The translations under genes and the position numbers were made by a program. DNA of 61,114 bases, the filler included. It is 4 parts of 4 records of this genome, joined end to end, with 100 filler letters (N's around TTAATTAATTAA, not from the genome) between each part and the next. Parts side by side here need not be neighbours in the genome. Positions count along the whole stretch, not along the records: positions 1 to 9,723 come from SRR31147125_16723; positions 9,824 to 26,369 come from SRR31147125_16730; 2 more parts are not named here. One strand, 5' to 3'. The notes below the pieces were generated by a model. The model saw only the letters and a program-made list of their open reading frames with translations. It was not told where the DNA came from and did no database searches. Shown here in pieces: positions 1 to 9,902 of the stretch; position 1 is the first letter of the stretch, and each line of letters opens with the position of its first letter.

Positions 1-1487
1 TTTTTTATTGGATCTGGCGTTAGTTGAGGATACAGCATAAGCGAGAGTTTCAGAATTGGGCCAAACCTGATTTATTCTGAGGGAAGAATATACAGGCGGC
101 AATTTTGCCCACTCGTTAACAAAGTTATTTGGATTTGATTTTATCTGCATAATTTGATGCGATTGGCCTGTCGTGGTCAGTGAAATGAATATATCCCGTT
201 CCGGAATTTTTGAGCCATTAGGATTAATGGCGAGATAGTCTTCAAATCGGGCAAGTTTTTTTAAATCTGTTTTGTGGTCGAGAAAAAGCAAAACAGGTTT
301 TGAAGAGGATTTGATAGAGGTATAAAGTTTGTTCAAGTAGCCGATATCACTTGATAAAGTAGGGTAATTAAGAAAGACAAAAATATCCACGTCATCAAGT
401 TTGTCTGCCTGTTTGAGTTCAGGCTCATAATGTGACAGGTTTCCATTGTCAACTTGATAAATGACACTGACATCATAGCGTTTACTGCCGTTCAGGTGGC
501 GTCGGAGAAAAGAGATTTCCGGAGAGATGTGGCCGGCAATAATCAAAACATTCAATCTGGATTTTAATACATCTATATAGGCGATTTGTCGGTTATTCTC
601 AATGGTTTCCTCATTTTCGATTGGGGACAACTCGAGTTCCAGTTTTTGCATTCCCTTTTTTTGTGGGATAAAGTCAAATTGTGTTTGAATTTCTGAGGGA
701 GATTGGGGAATATCCACGATTTTCGTTGTCAGAGTTTTGTCCTGATTTTTTAATATCAAGTTTACTTTGATTTTCGTAAAGCCGCGGTTTTGAATAACGG
801 CCTTAATAGGAGTTGGCTCGCCAAGGTAAGCGAAGGGATTTGATTCCATGTCTGCGAGTGTAAGATCGGGGACAGGCTCAGATGAACCGATACCAACCGG
901 ATAAACAGGTGTATTTATTTCGCTGATAAATCGGGTTGGATTACCTCCTGAGTTATAGTTCCCATCGGACAATAATATGATACCGGCAAGATTGTGATCC
1001 GCTAGTTGGCCTTTTATGAATTGCAAGCTTGATGTTATATTGGTTTCGTCGCTGATGTATTTTAATGTATCTACTCCATAATGAAAAGGCTTTGCCTGAG
1101 ACGAAAAGGTATAATAATTTAAATTAAATTTATTCGTGAGGGATTTTAATGCCTTACTCGACAATACCTTATTGATAATGTCGGTTCGTTGTCCGTTAGA
1201 ATCTTTGATATTCATACTGGCAGAATTGTCAATTGCGATTGCCAGGGATGGATTTTTTGTGCGTTCGTAATTGTATCCAATTGTCATTTCAAAAATGCAG
1301 AAGAGAAGCAGGAACAAAGCACCGATGCGAAAGAGAATAAGCAGCCATCTGGTAAAGTTGTTTACTATGGGATTGGTACGACGATAAATAAAAAAGTAAA
1401 AATAATTGACAGTATTGCAATAATAATGAATAATGGTAGGTTTGGCGAAATGGATAATTGAATCCTTGAAAATAATGTAGACATCAT
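1..1487 (-). CDS. Membrane-anchored VWA (MIDAS) domain protein, 3' end runs off the window
   Basis: Not in the ORF track; hand-translated from ATG at 1487: MMSTLFSRIQLSISPNLPLFIIIAILSIIFTFFIYRRTNP...LAIAIDNSASM (DxSxS)...GIILLSDGNYN. Two N-terminal hydrophobic helices. Confidence 0.75.
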
Positions 1488-1892
1488 TTATTAGACTAAT
1501 GAGTAAAACCAGCAAGACTTTTATGAAAGACAATTAATATTTTTAATTGAATCAGCTGGCAATAAAGTTAAAAAGATTTTTACTCTTCAACACCTTGTAC
1601 TATAACCAGAACTCTAATTTTTTATGTTCTTAACAAAATAGGCATTTGTTGATTGTCAAAAGCACGTATACTAATTTGTTTTATTTTGTATTTAGTATGG
1701 AATGACGGGGATAGTTACCGAATTATAAAAAGTAATATTCCGATATCTTTAATAATTAACAATATTACCAGGGTTTCCTGCTAATATTGTGTGAATTAAT
1801 TTTGTTCCATTTTTACAATTTTAATGTACTACACCCGTCCAGGTGTTAATTGTGTTTTTTTTACAAAGAAACAGTCAAACAACACGTTAACA

Positions 1893-2888
1893 TTAGATGC
1901 CAAGATTCGGAACGACATCAAGGTCGTAATTGGAATATTGGCCTTGACTCAGACGCGAATGACCTGCCCTGGCTATCATGGCTGCGTTATCTGTGCACAA
2001 TTCCGGAGAAGGGACGATCATATCTATACCGCTCTGTTTACATGTTAATTCAAACGCTGAGCGGAGCGCATTGTTCCTGGCTACGCCTCCCGCCAAAACA
2101 AGCCTGTTACATTTAAATCTTGACAGTGCTCTCATACTTTTTTTTAATAAAACATCGATAACGGCTTTTTGAAAACTGGCTGCAATATCAGCGATTTGCT
2201 GCTCATTGACAGGTTTTGGCAATGACTGAGCATAATAGAGTACAGCTGTTTTTAATCCACTGAAACTAAAATTGAGATTATTCTTTTCCAACAATGCTCT
2301 GGGAAAATCAATCGCGGTATCTGTGCCGTTACGTGCTATTTTTTCAATTATAGGGCCACCAGGATAACCCAGCCCCAGAACTTTTGCCACTTTATCAAAT
2401 GCTTCCCCAGCAGCATCATCTATTGTGCGACCGATTATGTTATATTCCAGTTCTTTCCGGACATGTACCAGTAAGGTATGGCCTCCTGATGCTACTACAC
2501 TTATGTAGGGGTAATTTTGTACCGGATTTTCAGCATTGGAAGCAAGGATATGTCCTTCAAGATGGTTTATACCAATCCAGGGGCGTTTGAGACTTAGGGC
2601 TAATCCTTTGCAAATGCATAAACCGACTAAAAGAGATCCAGCCAAACCAGGACCATAGGTAACGGCCAATCCATCGATTTCATCAAATGAAGTATTAGCT
2701 TTTTGTAAAGCTGTTTTAATAATGGGTAAAAGTTGCCTTATATGAGCTCTTGAAGCAAATTCCGGGACAACTCCGCCATATTCCTGATGAATCAGTTGTG
2801 TTGAAATAATATTTGATAAAATATTATGATCATCGACGATGGCTGCGCTTGTTTCATCGCAGGATGTTTCTATTCCAAGTATCTTCAT
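1893..2888 (-). CDS. tsaD: tRNA N6-adenosine threonylcarbamoyltransferase
   Basis: ILGIETSCDETS, GGVVPEFASRAH, NHLEGH, DDAAGEAFDK, TDNAAMIA motifs. Confidence 0.97.
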   Translation of the reverse strand: MKILGIETSCDETSAAIVDDHNILSNIISTQLIHQEYGGVVPEFASRAHIRQLLPIIKTALQKANTSFDEIDGLAVTYGPGLAGSLLVGLCICKGLALSLKRPWIGINHLEGHILASNAENPVQNYPYISVVASGGHTLLVHVRKELEYNIIGRTIDDAAGEAFDKVAKVLGLGYPGGPIIEKIARNGTDTAIDFPRALLEKNNLNFSFSGLKTAVLYYAQSLPKPVNEQQIADIAASFQKAVIDVLLKKSMRALSRFKCNRLVLAGGVARNNALRSAFELTCKQSGIDMIVPSPELCTDNAAMIARAGHSRLSQGQYSNYDLDVVPNLGI

Positions 2889-2915
2889 ATTATAAAAATT
2901 TTCTTGTTAGGTGAA

Positions 2916-3884
2916 TCATTCTCTCTCCAAAACCATTTTGAATCTTTGTGGTTCGATATCTCTAAATCGTATATCCGGGATAGGTTTTATATATGCCGGG
3001 AAATCCTGTTCTTTTGAATGCTGGTGTTTCGCATAGTCAATAAATGCGATGATATCCTTGTCCGATAGTGGTCCGACTCTATTAACACCGCCATCAACAG
3101 TTAAAGAAAGATGTGATGGGATAACAATCGCGCGCATACCAGGTGGTAAATTGATTATGGAAACAGGTACCCGACTAATTCTTTTTTCCATTAATTTTTG
3201 AATATCAGCGATAATGGATACTTTTTTAGGAAAAAGATCAACGATCTTTATATCCTTGGGTGGATATACTTCAATTTCTCTGTCAATCGGAAATTTTATA
3301 TTATCCCAATTGACCAAAGCTGTAAAAATGTTTTGCAGTGTATCCAGTGCTGATTTGGGGCCCTTGATGCGAATGATATCTGGTTTTATCATAATATCGC
3401 CAACGATCGTGTAACCCTTTACGGTTTTTATTTTTGCCCGGCTTAAGACAGGAACGTCCTGGGTGATTAATTCTTCAATTTCCAGATTTATTTCTTTCGG
3501 CTCCACCAGGTCTATAACTGTTAATTTTCGAGAAGCACCCCTTAAATCGACGTTTTTTTCAGATGGAAATACTTTTTGAGCGCCTGGAGCCCAGTCATGC
3601 TCCAATTTGAGATTGCCATCTTTGAAGAGGAGAAACCCCAGCAACGTCATACCATCTCCTCTCAAATGAATCTTGGCTCCCAGAGGTAATGAGTTGGTAA
3701 TAATGTAGTTTTCGTAAATGGTATCCGTTTCAATTGGAATTGAAGTGTAATAATCGAATGTATCTCCTGTTACAATCAGGAACCAAATAAAAATGGCAAA
3801 AATGGTGGATGCAATTTTAATCTTATATCGCTTCCAGAACGTTGCTCTACTTGTAAACAGTATTCTTTGTTTTCGAATTTTCAT
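2916..3884 (-). CDS. CdaR/YbbR-like membrane protein
   Basis: Single N-terminal TM helix (KIASTIFAIFIWFLIV) followed by YbbR-like beta repeats (PDIIRIKGP, PSHLSLTVDG). Start placed at ATG 3884; the ORF extends to 3908. Confidence 0.8.
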   Translation of the reverse strand: MKIRKQRILFTSRATFWKRYKIKIASTIFAIFIWFLIVTGDTFDYYTSIPIETDTIYENYIITNSLPLGAKIHLRGDGMTLLGFLLFKDGNLKLEHDWAPGAQKVFPSEKNVDLRGASRKLTVIDLVEPKEINLEIEELITQDVPVLSRAKIKTVKGYTIVGDIMIKPDIIRIKGPKSALDTLQNIFTALVNWDNIKFPIDREIEVYPPKDIKIVDLFPKKVSIIADIQKLMEKRISRVPVSIINLPPGMRAIVIPSHLSLTVDGGVNRVGPLSDKDIIAFIDYAKHQHSKEQDFPAYIKPIPDIRFRDIEPQRFKMVLERE

Positions 3885-3918
3885 GCGGTTTATGAAAAAT
3901 GTATTCAATACTAATGAG

Positions 3919-3954
3919 AAAAAGGGTGGATTCTTGTATGGAAGCCACCCTTTT
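3919..3954 (-). terminator. Intrinsic terminator after the 63-aa zinc-ribbon gene
   Basis: Inverted repeat AAAAGGGTGG...CCACCCTTTT with A/T tracts on both sides. Confidence 0.7.
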
Positions 3955-3996
3955 AAAAATTGAGTTTGTAATAATACAATTTTTAAATATTATTAC

Positions 3997-4188
3997 TTAT
4001 TTGTGCGATTCCTTGATTTCCCGACCCCGGCTTACTTCACCATTATCGATGCGAATATTGAAACCACAACCAGGATTTGTGCAGACCCATGCTTTGTACA
4101 TAATTGAAGCGCCTTCTCTACCATAATCTGATAAAGGAATGAGCACACCTTCATTGCATTTTAAACATTTAGGATAAGTATTATCCAT
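3997..4188 (-). CDS. Small C4 zinc-ribbon protein of unknown function
   Basis: CLKC-x24-CTNPGC; strong RBS (GAGGTGAGGGA) upstream of ATG; own terminator downstream. Confidence 0.8.
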   Translation of the reverse strand: MDNTYPKCLKCNEGVLIPLSDYGREGASIMYKAWVCTNPGCGFNIRIDNGEVSRGREIKESHK

Positions 4189-4465
4189 TTCCGTTCCCTC
4201 ACCTCACTTTGCTCGCTAGGTTTTTAGCGAATGATTCCTTGACCCATACTTAAGGAATTAATATAAGAGTTTATGAACCCTTATTGGGGCAATTCTGATA
4301 TTTATAAAATAATATAAAATCATTTAAAATCAATAGTTTTTTAAGAGATTTAAAAGTATTAACCAAAACCGAGAAAAGAGAGATCTGTTTTAGATTTACC
4401 GGATCCAATAGATGTCTTGCGAGAAAATATTGTAATATAAATAAAAATAATATATTATGAGATTT

Positions 4466-5185
4466 TTAGAAAAAATAGAGAGCAAATAAGCCACAACAGA
4501 TGCTTAAAAATAGACTACCAAAGGTATTAAAAACAAAAGATGTTCTGTTTCCTTTTGCCCAGTTGAACACAGATCGCGGGATAAATGCGAGAATTAACAA
4601 AAGAAGGAACCAACCGCCTATGATGATACCAGAAGTCGCAACAAATCTCTCAAGTATGCCAGGTAGTCGTTTTGGTAATGGAGGGTATTCAAGATGAGCG
4701 GATCCTGGTTTTTGCAGACGTGAAGCCCAAAACCTGTTCAAATAATAAAGGATAGGGATTCCACCATAGCCTGCATATAACATAGCAATGGTAGAAATAA
4801 CCGCATATCTGTTATAGACCTGTTCCGCTGCTATTATCGATTGAAATTGTACCTGATGGATAAGCCAATAGGAGACCAGCCAGATGGTGAGAATATGTAA
4901 TAGTTGGTCGATTATAAAATTTGTTAGCGTATCTCCAGCCATTCGGCTGGAGATAAATAGCTTGGTTTTATCAAGAAGAGCATGGATAAGCCCCAGAATC
5001 AAAATGGCCCACCATACGTATTTGCTTGACCAATAAGGGAATAAAATAATAATATTAGCAGCCGTGCAAATAAGTACATGAGGGATTACCCCTAAAAACG
5101 ATTGCTTTTTGAGACGATAAATAGTATCTGTCTGAAGGGGAAAATCTCCGATAACATGTGCCATAAATAAGGACCAAAAGATCAA
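4466..5185 (-). CDS. DUF3307 family membrane protein
   Basis: AHVIGDFPLQ, HALLD and DQLLH histidine motifs; multiple TM helices. Confidence 0.85.
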   Translation of the reverse strand: MIFWSLFMAHVIGDFPLQTDTIYRLKKQSFLGVIPHVLICTAANIIILFPYWSSKYVWWAILILGLIHALLDKTKLFISSRMAGDTLTNFIIDQLLHILTIWLVSYWLIHQVQFQSIIAAEQVYNRYAVISTIAMLYAGYGGIPILYYLNRFWASRLQKPGSAHLEYPPLPKRLPGILERFVATSGIIIGGWFLLLLILAFIPRSVFNWAKGNRTSFVFNTFGSLFLSICCGLFALYFF

Positions 5186-5213
5186 AAGCGCTCCTCATTA
5201 TTATATGGAGTCC

Positions 5214-5657
5214 TTATTCTCTAACAACCCATACTTTAACGTTGACTTCTACCTCTGGATGAATTTTTATTGGCACCTCATAAACACCGAGTGCTTTTAA
5301 GGGCTCTTGTAACTGGATTTTTTTACGATCAATTTCAAATCCACTTTCAACGAGAAGATCAGCAATATTTTGATTGGTAACAGAGCCAAAAACTTTATCT
5401 TCTTCGCCAACCTGAACCGTAGCAGTTAAGGAAACCTTGGAAAGTTTTTCAGCTAGCTCTTCAGCGATTTTCTTACCACGTTGAAGTCGTATTTGGCTGG
5501 ATTTTTTCTCTTCATTGAAAATTTTAAGATTAGAGGGCGTAGCTTCAATGGCAATCCCTGAGGGTATTAAATAATTTCTGGCAAAACCATTTTTAACTTG
5601 AACAATGTCGCCTTGTTTGCCAAGAGTATCCAAATTTTCTTTCAATATTACTTTCAT
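5214..5657 (-). CDS. rplI: 50S ribosomal protein L9
   Basis: MKVILKE..LGKQGDIVQVKNGFARNYLIP, KVFGSVT. Confidence 0.98.
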   Translation of the reverse strand: MKVILKENLDTLGKQGDIVQVKNGFARNYLIPSGIAIEATPSNLKIFNEEKKSSQIRLQRGKKIAEELAEKLSKVSLTATVQVGEEDKVFGSVTNQNIADLLVESGFEIDRKKIQLQEPLKALGVYEVPIKIHPEVEVNVKVWVVRE

Positions 5658-5677
5658 ATTATTGATCCTACCATCTA

Positions 5678-5899
5678 TTATTTTGATTTGTCAGAGATAT
5701 AGGAAATTAAAGCTAATTCGCGAGCAACTTTAATAGCTCGAACTAGTTGCCTCTGATGTTTCGCACAAGTGCCTGAGGTACGTCGAGGAATGATTTTTCC
5801 TTGTTCCGTCGTGAAGCGCATGAGTCTCTTATCGTCTTTATAGTCGATATGATCGACATTTTCTTCACAGAATCGACATATTCTCTTTTTTTTCAGCAT
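5678..5899 (-). CDS. rpsR: 30S ribosomal protein S18 (zinc-binding C+ form)
   Basis: CRFC...IDYKD...[17 protein letters not shown]. Confidence 0.98.
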   Translation of the reverse strand: MLKKKRICRFCEENVDHIDYKDDKRLMRFTTEQGKIIPRRTSGTCAKHQRQLVRAIKVARELALISYISDKSK

Positions 5900-5935
5900 T
5901 ATGACTCCTGTAAATTATTTTAAGTCGGTATATTA

Positions 5936-6454
5936 TCAAAGTTTTAAATTTTGATACCCAAAATCATAATCAGTAGGTTCTATTTTATCAGACTTGGGTT
6001 TATCAAGTTGGTCGTTTTTTTGTTCAGGCTCTTTTAAACTGTCTTGTTTTTCAGATAAATCGGTTTTATCATTATTCATCTGAGACTCAGTATCCACGTC
6101 TTGCATGTATTTTTTGTCGAGCAGCTGAATCCGTCTTGCCCGAATTTCAACGATATTCCTGGCCGTCCCATCTTCATTGCGCCATGATCGGCTTTGCATT
6201 TCGCCCTCAATCATAACAGCGCTACCGTTTTTTAATATTTTGAGAGTGGATTCAGCAAGTTTGTTCCAGGCAACAACCCCGACATAGCACGCGTTTTCAC
6301 GCCAAACTCCTGAATTGTCCCGATATTTTCGATTAGCTGCCAAGTGAAAACTAGTAACAGAAGAACCATTTGCTGTTTTTCGGAAGACTGGTTCGCTCGT
6401 TAATTTGCCTGCAATGAGGACATGATTGATGTCCGGCATTTTCAATTCTGGCAT
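5936..6454 (-). CDS. ssb: Single-stranded DNA-binding protein
   Basis: OB-fold motifs INHVLIAGKLT, VVAWNKLAE, IEGEMQSRSW; lies between rpsF and rpsR. Confidence 0.9.
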   Translation of the reverse strand: MPELKMPDINHVLIAGKLTSEPVFRKTANGSSVTSFHLAANRKYRDNSGVWRENACYVGVVAWNKLAESTLKILKNGSAVMIEGEMQSRSWRNEDGTARNIVEIRARRIQLLDKKYMQDVDTESQMNNDKTDLSEKQDSLKEPEQKNDQLDKPKSDKIEPTDYDFGYQNLKL

Positions 6455-6608
6455 AATTCAAACACTCCATACTCAGCTTATTCAATGGATGAGATTAAGA
6501 ATAATGGCTGAAAAAGTACAGTATAAAGATGTAATTGAAAAAAGTTAATCTATTTAAAAATATTTCAAGAACCGAAATTAAAGGTACTTTACCAAAAATT
6601 GATTTGGG

Positions 6609-7121
6609 TTATTCTTTTACTTCAGATTTATCCTCGGATTCAGTGTTTTCAAGAGGTTCCGCATCTTCATCTGGAGTTACGTCCTCTTTGACATCCGGGA
6701 TATCTTCAGTATTTTCGGTATCAACATCTTCTGCAGATTCCACAGGCGCATCTTCAACGTCAACTGTGTCAGTCTTTTCAACTGCCACAGGAGCAGGTTT
6801 TTCAATTCTTGATTTTTCCAGTGCTTTTAGCGCATGTTTATCCAGTTTAATGGTAATATACCGCAGAAGAGATTCGTTTAATCTGTATTCTCGTTCTAAT
6901 TGTTTTATCATAGATGGAATACCATCAAAAAGAATGAGAACATAATAGCCGTATTGTCGTTTTTTGATATCGTATGCCAGCCGTTTTTTACCAATTCGAT
7001 CAATACTTTCGATCTGTCCACCATGATCTGTGATGAAACGTTCATATTTGGCAATAATATTTTCTATTTCCTCTGCTTTAAGAAGAGAGTCAATAACAAA
7101 AACAGTTTCGTATTTACGCAA
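6609..7121 (-). CDS. rpsF: 30S ribosomal protein S6 with long acidic C-terminal extension
   Basis: MRKYETVFVI, GKKRLAYDIKK..YGYY; TTG start with AAGGAGG RBS. Confidence 0.97.
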   Translation of the reverse strand: MRKYETVFVIDSLLKAEEIENIIAKYERFITDHGGQIESIDRIGKKRLAYDIKKRQYGYYVLILFDGIPSMIKQLEREYRLNESLLRYITIKLDKHALKALEKSRIEKPAPVAVEKTDTVDVEDAPVESAEDVDTENTEDIPDVKEDVTPDEDAEPLENTESEDKSEVKE

Positions 7122-7277
7122 CTTAATTCCTCCTTAAGGTGGCTCTGTTTTATTTTGTTTTAAATTTCAATGTTGGCGAAGACAATGTTTGTTTGATCTA
7201 TGATTTGTGAATTCTAATTTATTTATTTAAAAAATCTTTGTTATCTTGATCATTCATAACAGAAATAATTTATTAGA

Positions 7278-7847
7278 TTAGCCATTGAATTTGTTCATCG
7301 CCACATCAATTCCTTCAAGTAGAAAGGATTTTATTGCGCCTACTGCTAAGATAATCATTTGGTTTATGGCTTCCTTTTCACTTTTTGCGAACGCAGAAAG
7401 TACGAAATTGGCTAGATCTTTATTATTATGAATGGGAGAGATGCCAAGCCGTAATCTAGCAAAGTCCTGTGTATGAACGTGTTTAATAATCGACTTTAAA
7501 CCGTTATGGCCGCCTGCACTACCTTTTGAACGTAGTCTCAATTTTCCTAACGGTAAATTAACATCATCCACGACGATTAACATTTTTGACAGATCAATTT
7601 TATAATAAGAAGAAACATTTTGAACTGCCAGGCCGCTTAAATTCATATAAGTTTGAGGCATAGCCAGTAATAATGGATAGTCCTTAAAGTGCGTTTTTGC
7701 AACCTGTGAAGAAGGATCATGCTTTCTAAAAGAAGCATTTAATTCATCTGCAAGTTGCTCTAATACCATAAAACCAATATTATGTCTCGTATTCCGGTAT
7801 TTCATACCAGGATTACCGAGGCCAACAATCAAATATTTATCATACAT
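7278..7847 (-). CDS. pth: Peptidyl-tRNA hydrolase
   Basis: LIVGLGNPG..Y..TRHNIGF, PQTYMNLSG, GGHNGLKSI. Confidence 0.98.
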   Translation of the reverse strand: MYDKYLIVGLGNPGMKYRNTRHNIGFMVLEQLADELNASFRKHDPSSQVAKTHFKDYPLLLAMPQTYMNLSGLAVQNVSSYYKIDLSKMLIVVDDVNLPLGKLRLRSKGSAGGHNGLKSIIKHVHTQDFARLRLGISPIHNNKDLANFVLSAFAKSEKEAINQMIILAVGAIKSFLLEGIDVAMNKFNG

Positions 7848-7885
7848 TTATTATAGTATCTGTTGTTGCAAAAACACCTGGCTTG

Positions 7886-8515
7886 TTATTCATCTTCTGT
7901 CGGTTTACCTACAACCTCAGGTTCTGTTGGCTCTTCACCTTCGATTTCAGCTACTTCTTCTTCAATGACTCTCGGCGCGGAGACGTTAGCGATTGGTTTA
8001 TCACCGTCGTCCAACACTTTAATTTTCTCAAGTGACAGATCAGATACACGAACGTTATCACCGATACTCAATTCTGTAACATCAACTTTAATGTTATCCG
8101 GAATATCCGTTGGCAAGCATTCAATTTCAACTTCGCGCATGAGATGCTCAAGGACACCACCCTGATTTTTTACGCCATCGGGAGTACCTTCCAAAATAAT
8201 GGGAACCTGTACTTTGATTTTTTCGGACATCTCTATGCCGAGCAAGTCGATGTGAGTAGGATTGTTATTAATAGGATTGTATTGTACTTCACGCACGATA
8301 CATTTACGTTTTTTCTTGCCATCAAACGTAACAGTGATAAGGCTACTTTCCTGGGTCAAAACGAAAGTGAGCTCTTTTTTGTCCATACTAACCGGTAAAC
8401 TCTTCTCACCATGAAAATAAAATACGCCAGGAACTTTTCCTTCGCGACGGATTTTCCTTGCATATTCTTTACCAGTAATTTTTCTGGTGTCAAGATTTAG
8501 AGCAAGTTCAGTCAT
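7886..8515 (-). CDS. rplY: 50S ribosomal protein L25 (Ctc-type long form)
   Basis: RKIRREGKVPGVFY, HIDL, GVKNQGGVLE, IPDNIKVDVTEL; prs-rplY-pth synteny. Confidence 0.96.
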   Translation of the reverse strand: MTELALNLDTRKITGKEYARKIRREGKVPGVFYFHGEKSLPVSMDKKELTFVLTQESSLITVTFDGKKKRKCIVREVQYNPINNNPTHIDLLGIEMSEKIKVQVPIILEGTPDGVKNQGGVLEHLMREVEIECLPTDIPDNIKVDVTELSIGDNVRVSDLSLEKIKVLDDGDKPIANVSAPRVIEEEVAEIEGEEPTEPEVVGKPTEDE

Positions 8516-8573
8516 TTCATATCTCCATATGTTGAAAATACTTTGTTACTTACATAGCTATATAATGTTAGGA

Positions 8574-9542
8574 TCACGAAGCAGGTCGCTTAATCGGAAA
8601 GAGATCAGAAATGGAGCGTTCTTCATGGATCCTTTGAATTGCATCAGCTAAAAGACCGGATGCACTTAATATTTCGATTTTATCAATGAGTTTCGAGTCG
8701 TCTATATTTAGCGAGTCTGTGAAAAATATTTTGTCAATAGGGGAATCTTGAATTTTTTTAATAGAATTTCCAGAAAGAATTGCATGAGTGCAGGCTACAT
8801 AAATATTTTTAGCGCCTTTTTCTTTGAGGATTTTAGTGCCATTGACAAGTGTCCCAGCTGTATCGACCAGGTCATCGACCAGAAAAACGTTTTTACCTTC
8901 AACATCTCCAATCAAGCGAGTCACTTCACAAATATTGTGGCCCATACGATACTTGTCAAGCATCACAAAGTCACAGCCAAAACGTCGGGCATAGGATCTA
9001 GCCAGGCTGATTCCACCCACATCGGGTGAGGCGACAATAAGATCAGGAATATTCATGGATTTAATATGGTCGGCAAAGATTGTGGCTGCGTAAAGGTGGT
9101 CAAACGGAATATCGAAAAATCCCTGTATTTGCGGAGTGTGTAAATCCATGGTCAGTATTCGGTCCGCGCCTGCTTCAGTAATCAGGTTGGCGGCTAATTT
9201 TGCACTAATGGAAACACGAGGTTGGTCTTTTCGATCCTGACGAGCGTAGCCAAAATAGGGTATAACCGCTGTAATACGCCAGGCTGAAGCTCTTTTCGCA
9301 GCATCAAGCAGGATAAGAAGTTCTAACATATTTTCAGCAGGTGCATTGGTAGATTGTATGATAAAAACATCTGTTCCGCGGATATTTTCTTCATATTTCA
9401 CCCAAAGTTCGCCGTCTGAAAAATTTTTAATTGTCAAATTGCCCACAGATTTGCCGAATTTTTTCGCGATATCTTCAGCTAAGAATGGGTTTGATCTGCC
9501 GCAAAAAATTTTGGCTTCTCTGTTTGTAGATATAGTTTGCAT
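8574..9542 (-). CDS. prs: Ribose-phosphate pyrophosphokinase
   Basis: FSDGE, PYFGYARQDRK, DLHTPQIQGFF, VDDLVDTAGT. Confidence 0.98.
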   Translation of the reverse strand: MQTISTNREAKIFCGRSNPFLAEDIAKKFGKSVGNLTIKNFSDGELWVKYEENIRGTDVFIIQSTNAPAENMLELLILLDAAKRASAWRITAVIPYFGYARQDRKDQPRVSISAKLAANLITEAGADRILTMDLHTPQIQGFFDIPFDHLYAATIFADHIKSMNIPDLIVASPDVGGISLARSYARRFGCDFVMLDKYRMGHNICEVTRLIGDVEGKNVFLVDDLVDTAGTLVNGTKILKEKGAKNIYVACTHAILSGNSIKKIQDSPIDKIFFTDSLNIDDSKLIDKIEILSASGLLADAIQRIHEERSISDLFPIKRPAS

Positions 9543-9652
9543 TAACAAGTCCCGTACAATGGGAATAACAATTTATAGAGTTAATTTAATATTATTTATG
9601 GTATTATTCAATACAAAATTAATGTAAAAAGCAGTATTGCAAGAATTTACAT

Positions 9653-9689
9653 AAAAAATGACGAAAACCATTTGATTTTCGCCATTTTT
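9653..9689 (-). terminator. Probable intrinsic terminator downstream of the tRNA
   Basis: Minus strand AAAAATGGCGAAAA-tcaaatgg-TTTTCGTCATTTTTT hairpin ending in a U-tract. Confidence 0.55.
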
Positions 9690-9694
9690 AAGAG

Positions 9695-9723
9695 CTGGGG
9701 CGGGAGGATTCGAACCTCCGAAT
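9695..9723 (-). tRNA. tRNA 3' fragment, probably tRNA-Gln, cut by the contig end
   Basis: Minus strand ...CGGAGGTTCGAATCCTCCCGCCCCAG = T-arm plus acceptor 3' strand with G discriminator. The anticodon is not visible; Gln is inferred from the acceptor stem and the usual tRNA-Gln-prs synteny. Confidence 0.8.
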
Positions 9724-9823
9724 NNNNNNNNNNNNNNNNNNNNNNNNNNNNNNNNNNNNNNNNNNNNTTAATTAATTAANNNNNNNNNNNNNNNNNNNNN
9801 NNNNNNNNNNNNNNNNNNNNNNN
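9724..9823. other. Artificial contig spacer
   Basis: N-run + TTAATTAATTAA (stops in all six frames) + N-run, 100 nt. Confidence 0.98.
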
Positions 9824-9833
9824 AAAATATGCA

Positions 9834-9854
9834 AAGGTCGGATTTACCGACCTT
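9834..9854. terminator. Hairpin, possible terminator of an upstream gene lost in the gap
   Basis: AAGGTCGG-attta-CCGACCTT. Confidence 0.4.
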
Positions 9855-9902
9855 AAATATTATATAAACACGAAATCTAAACCAGGATGTTAAGGTTCAT
9901 AA

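Noticed and set aside
1189-1461. Short ORF-track entries antisense to or overlapping well-supported genes (e.g. 1189-1461, 6535-6945, 26615-27073, 40546-40980, 45316-45666, 50276-50500, 59864-60172)
   Set aside because: No recognisable motifs or RBS; they are shadow frames or AT-rich intergenic noise.
7122-7200. S6:S18 ribosomal leader upstream of rpsF
   Set aside because: Only a short CCTTAAGG palindrome over the RBS is visible; not enough structure to call.
9768-9779. TTAATTAATTAA repeated three times in the window
   Set aside because: Synthetic six-frame stop linker inside N-runs, not a biological repeat.
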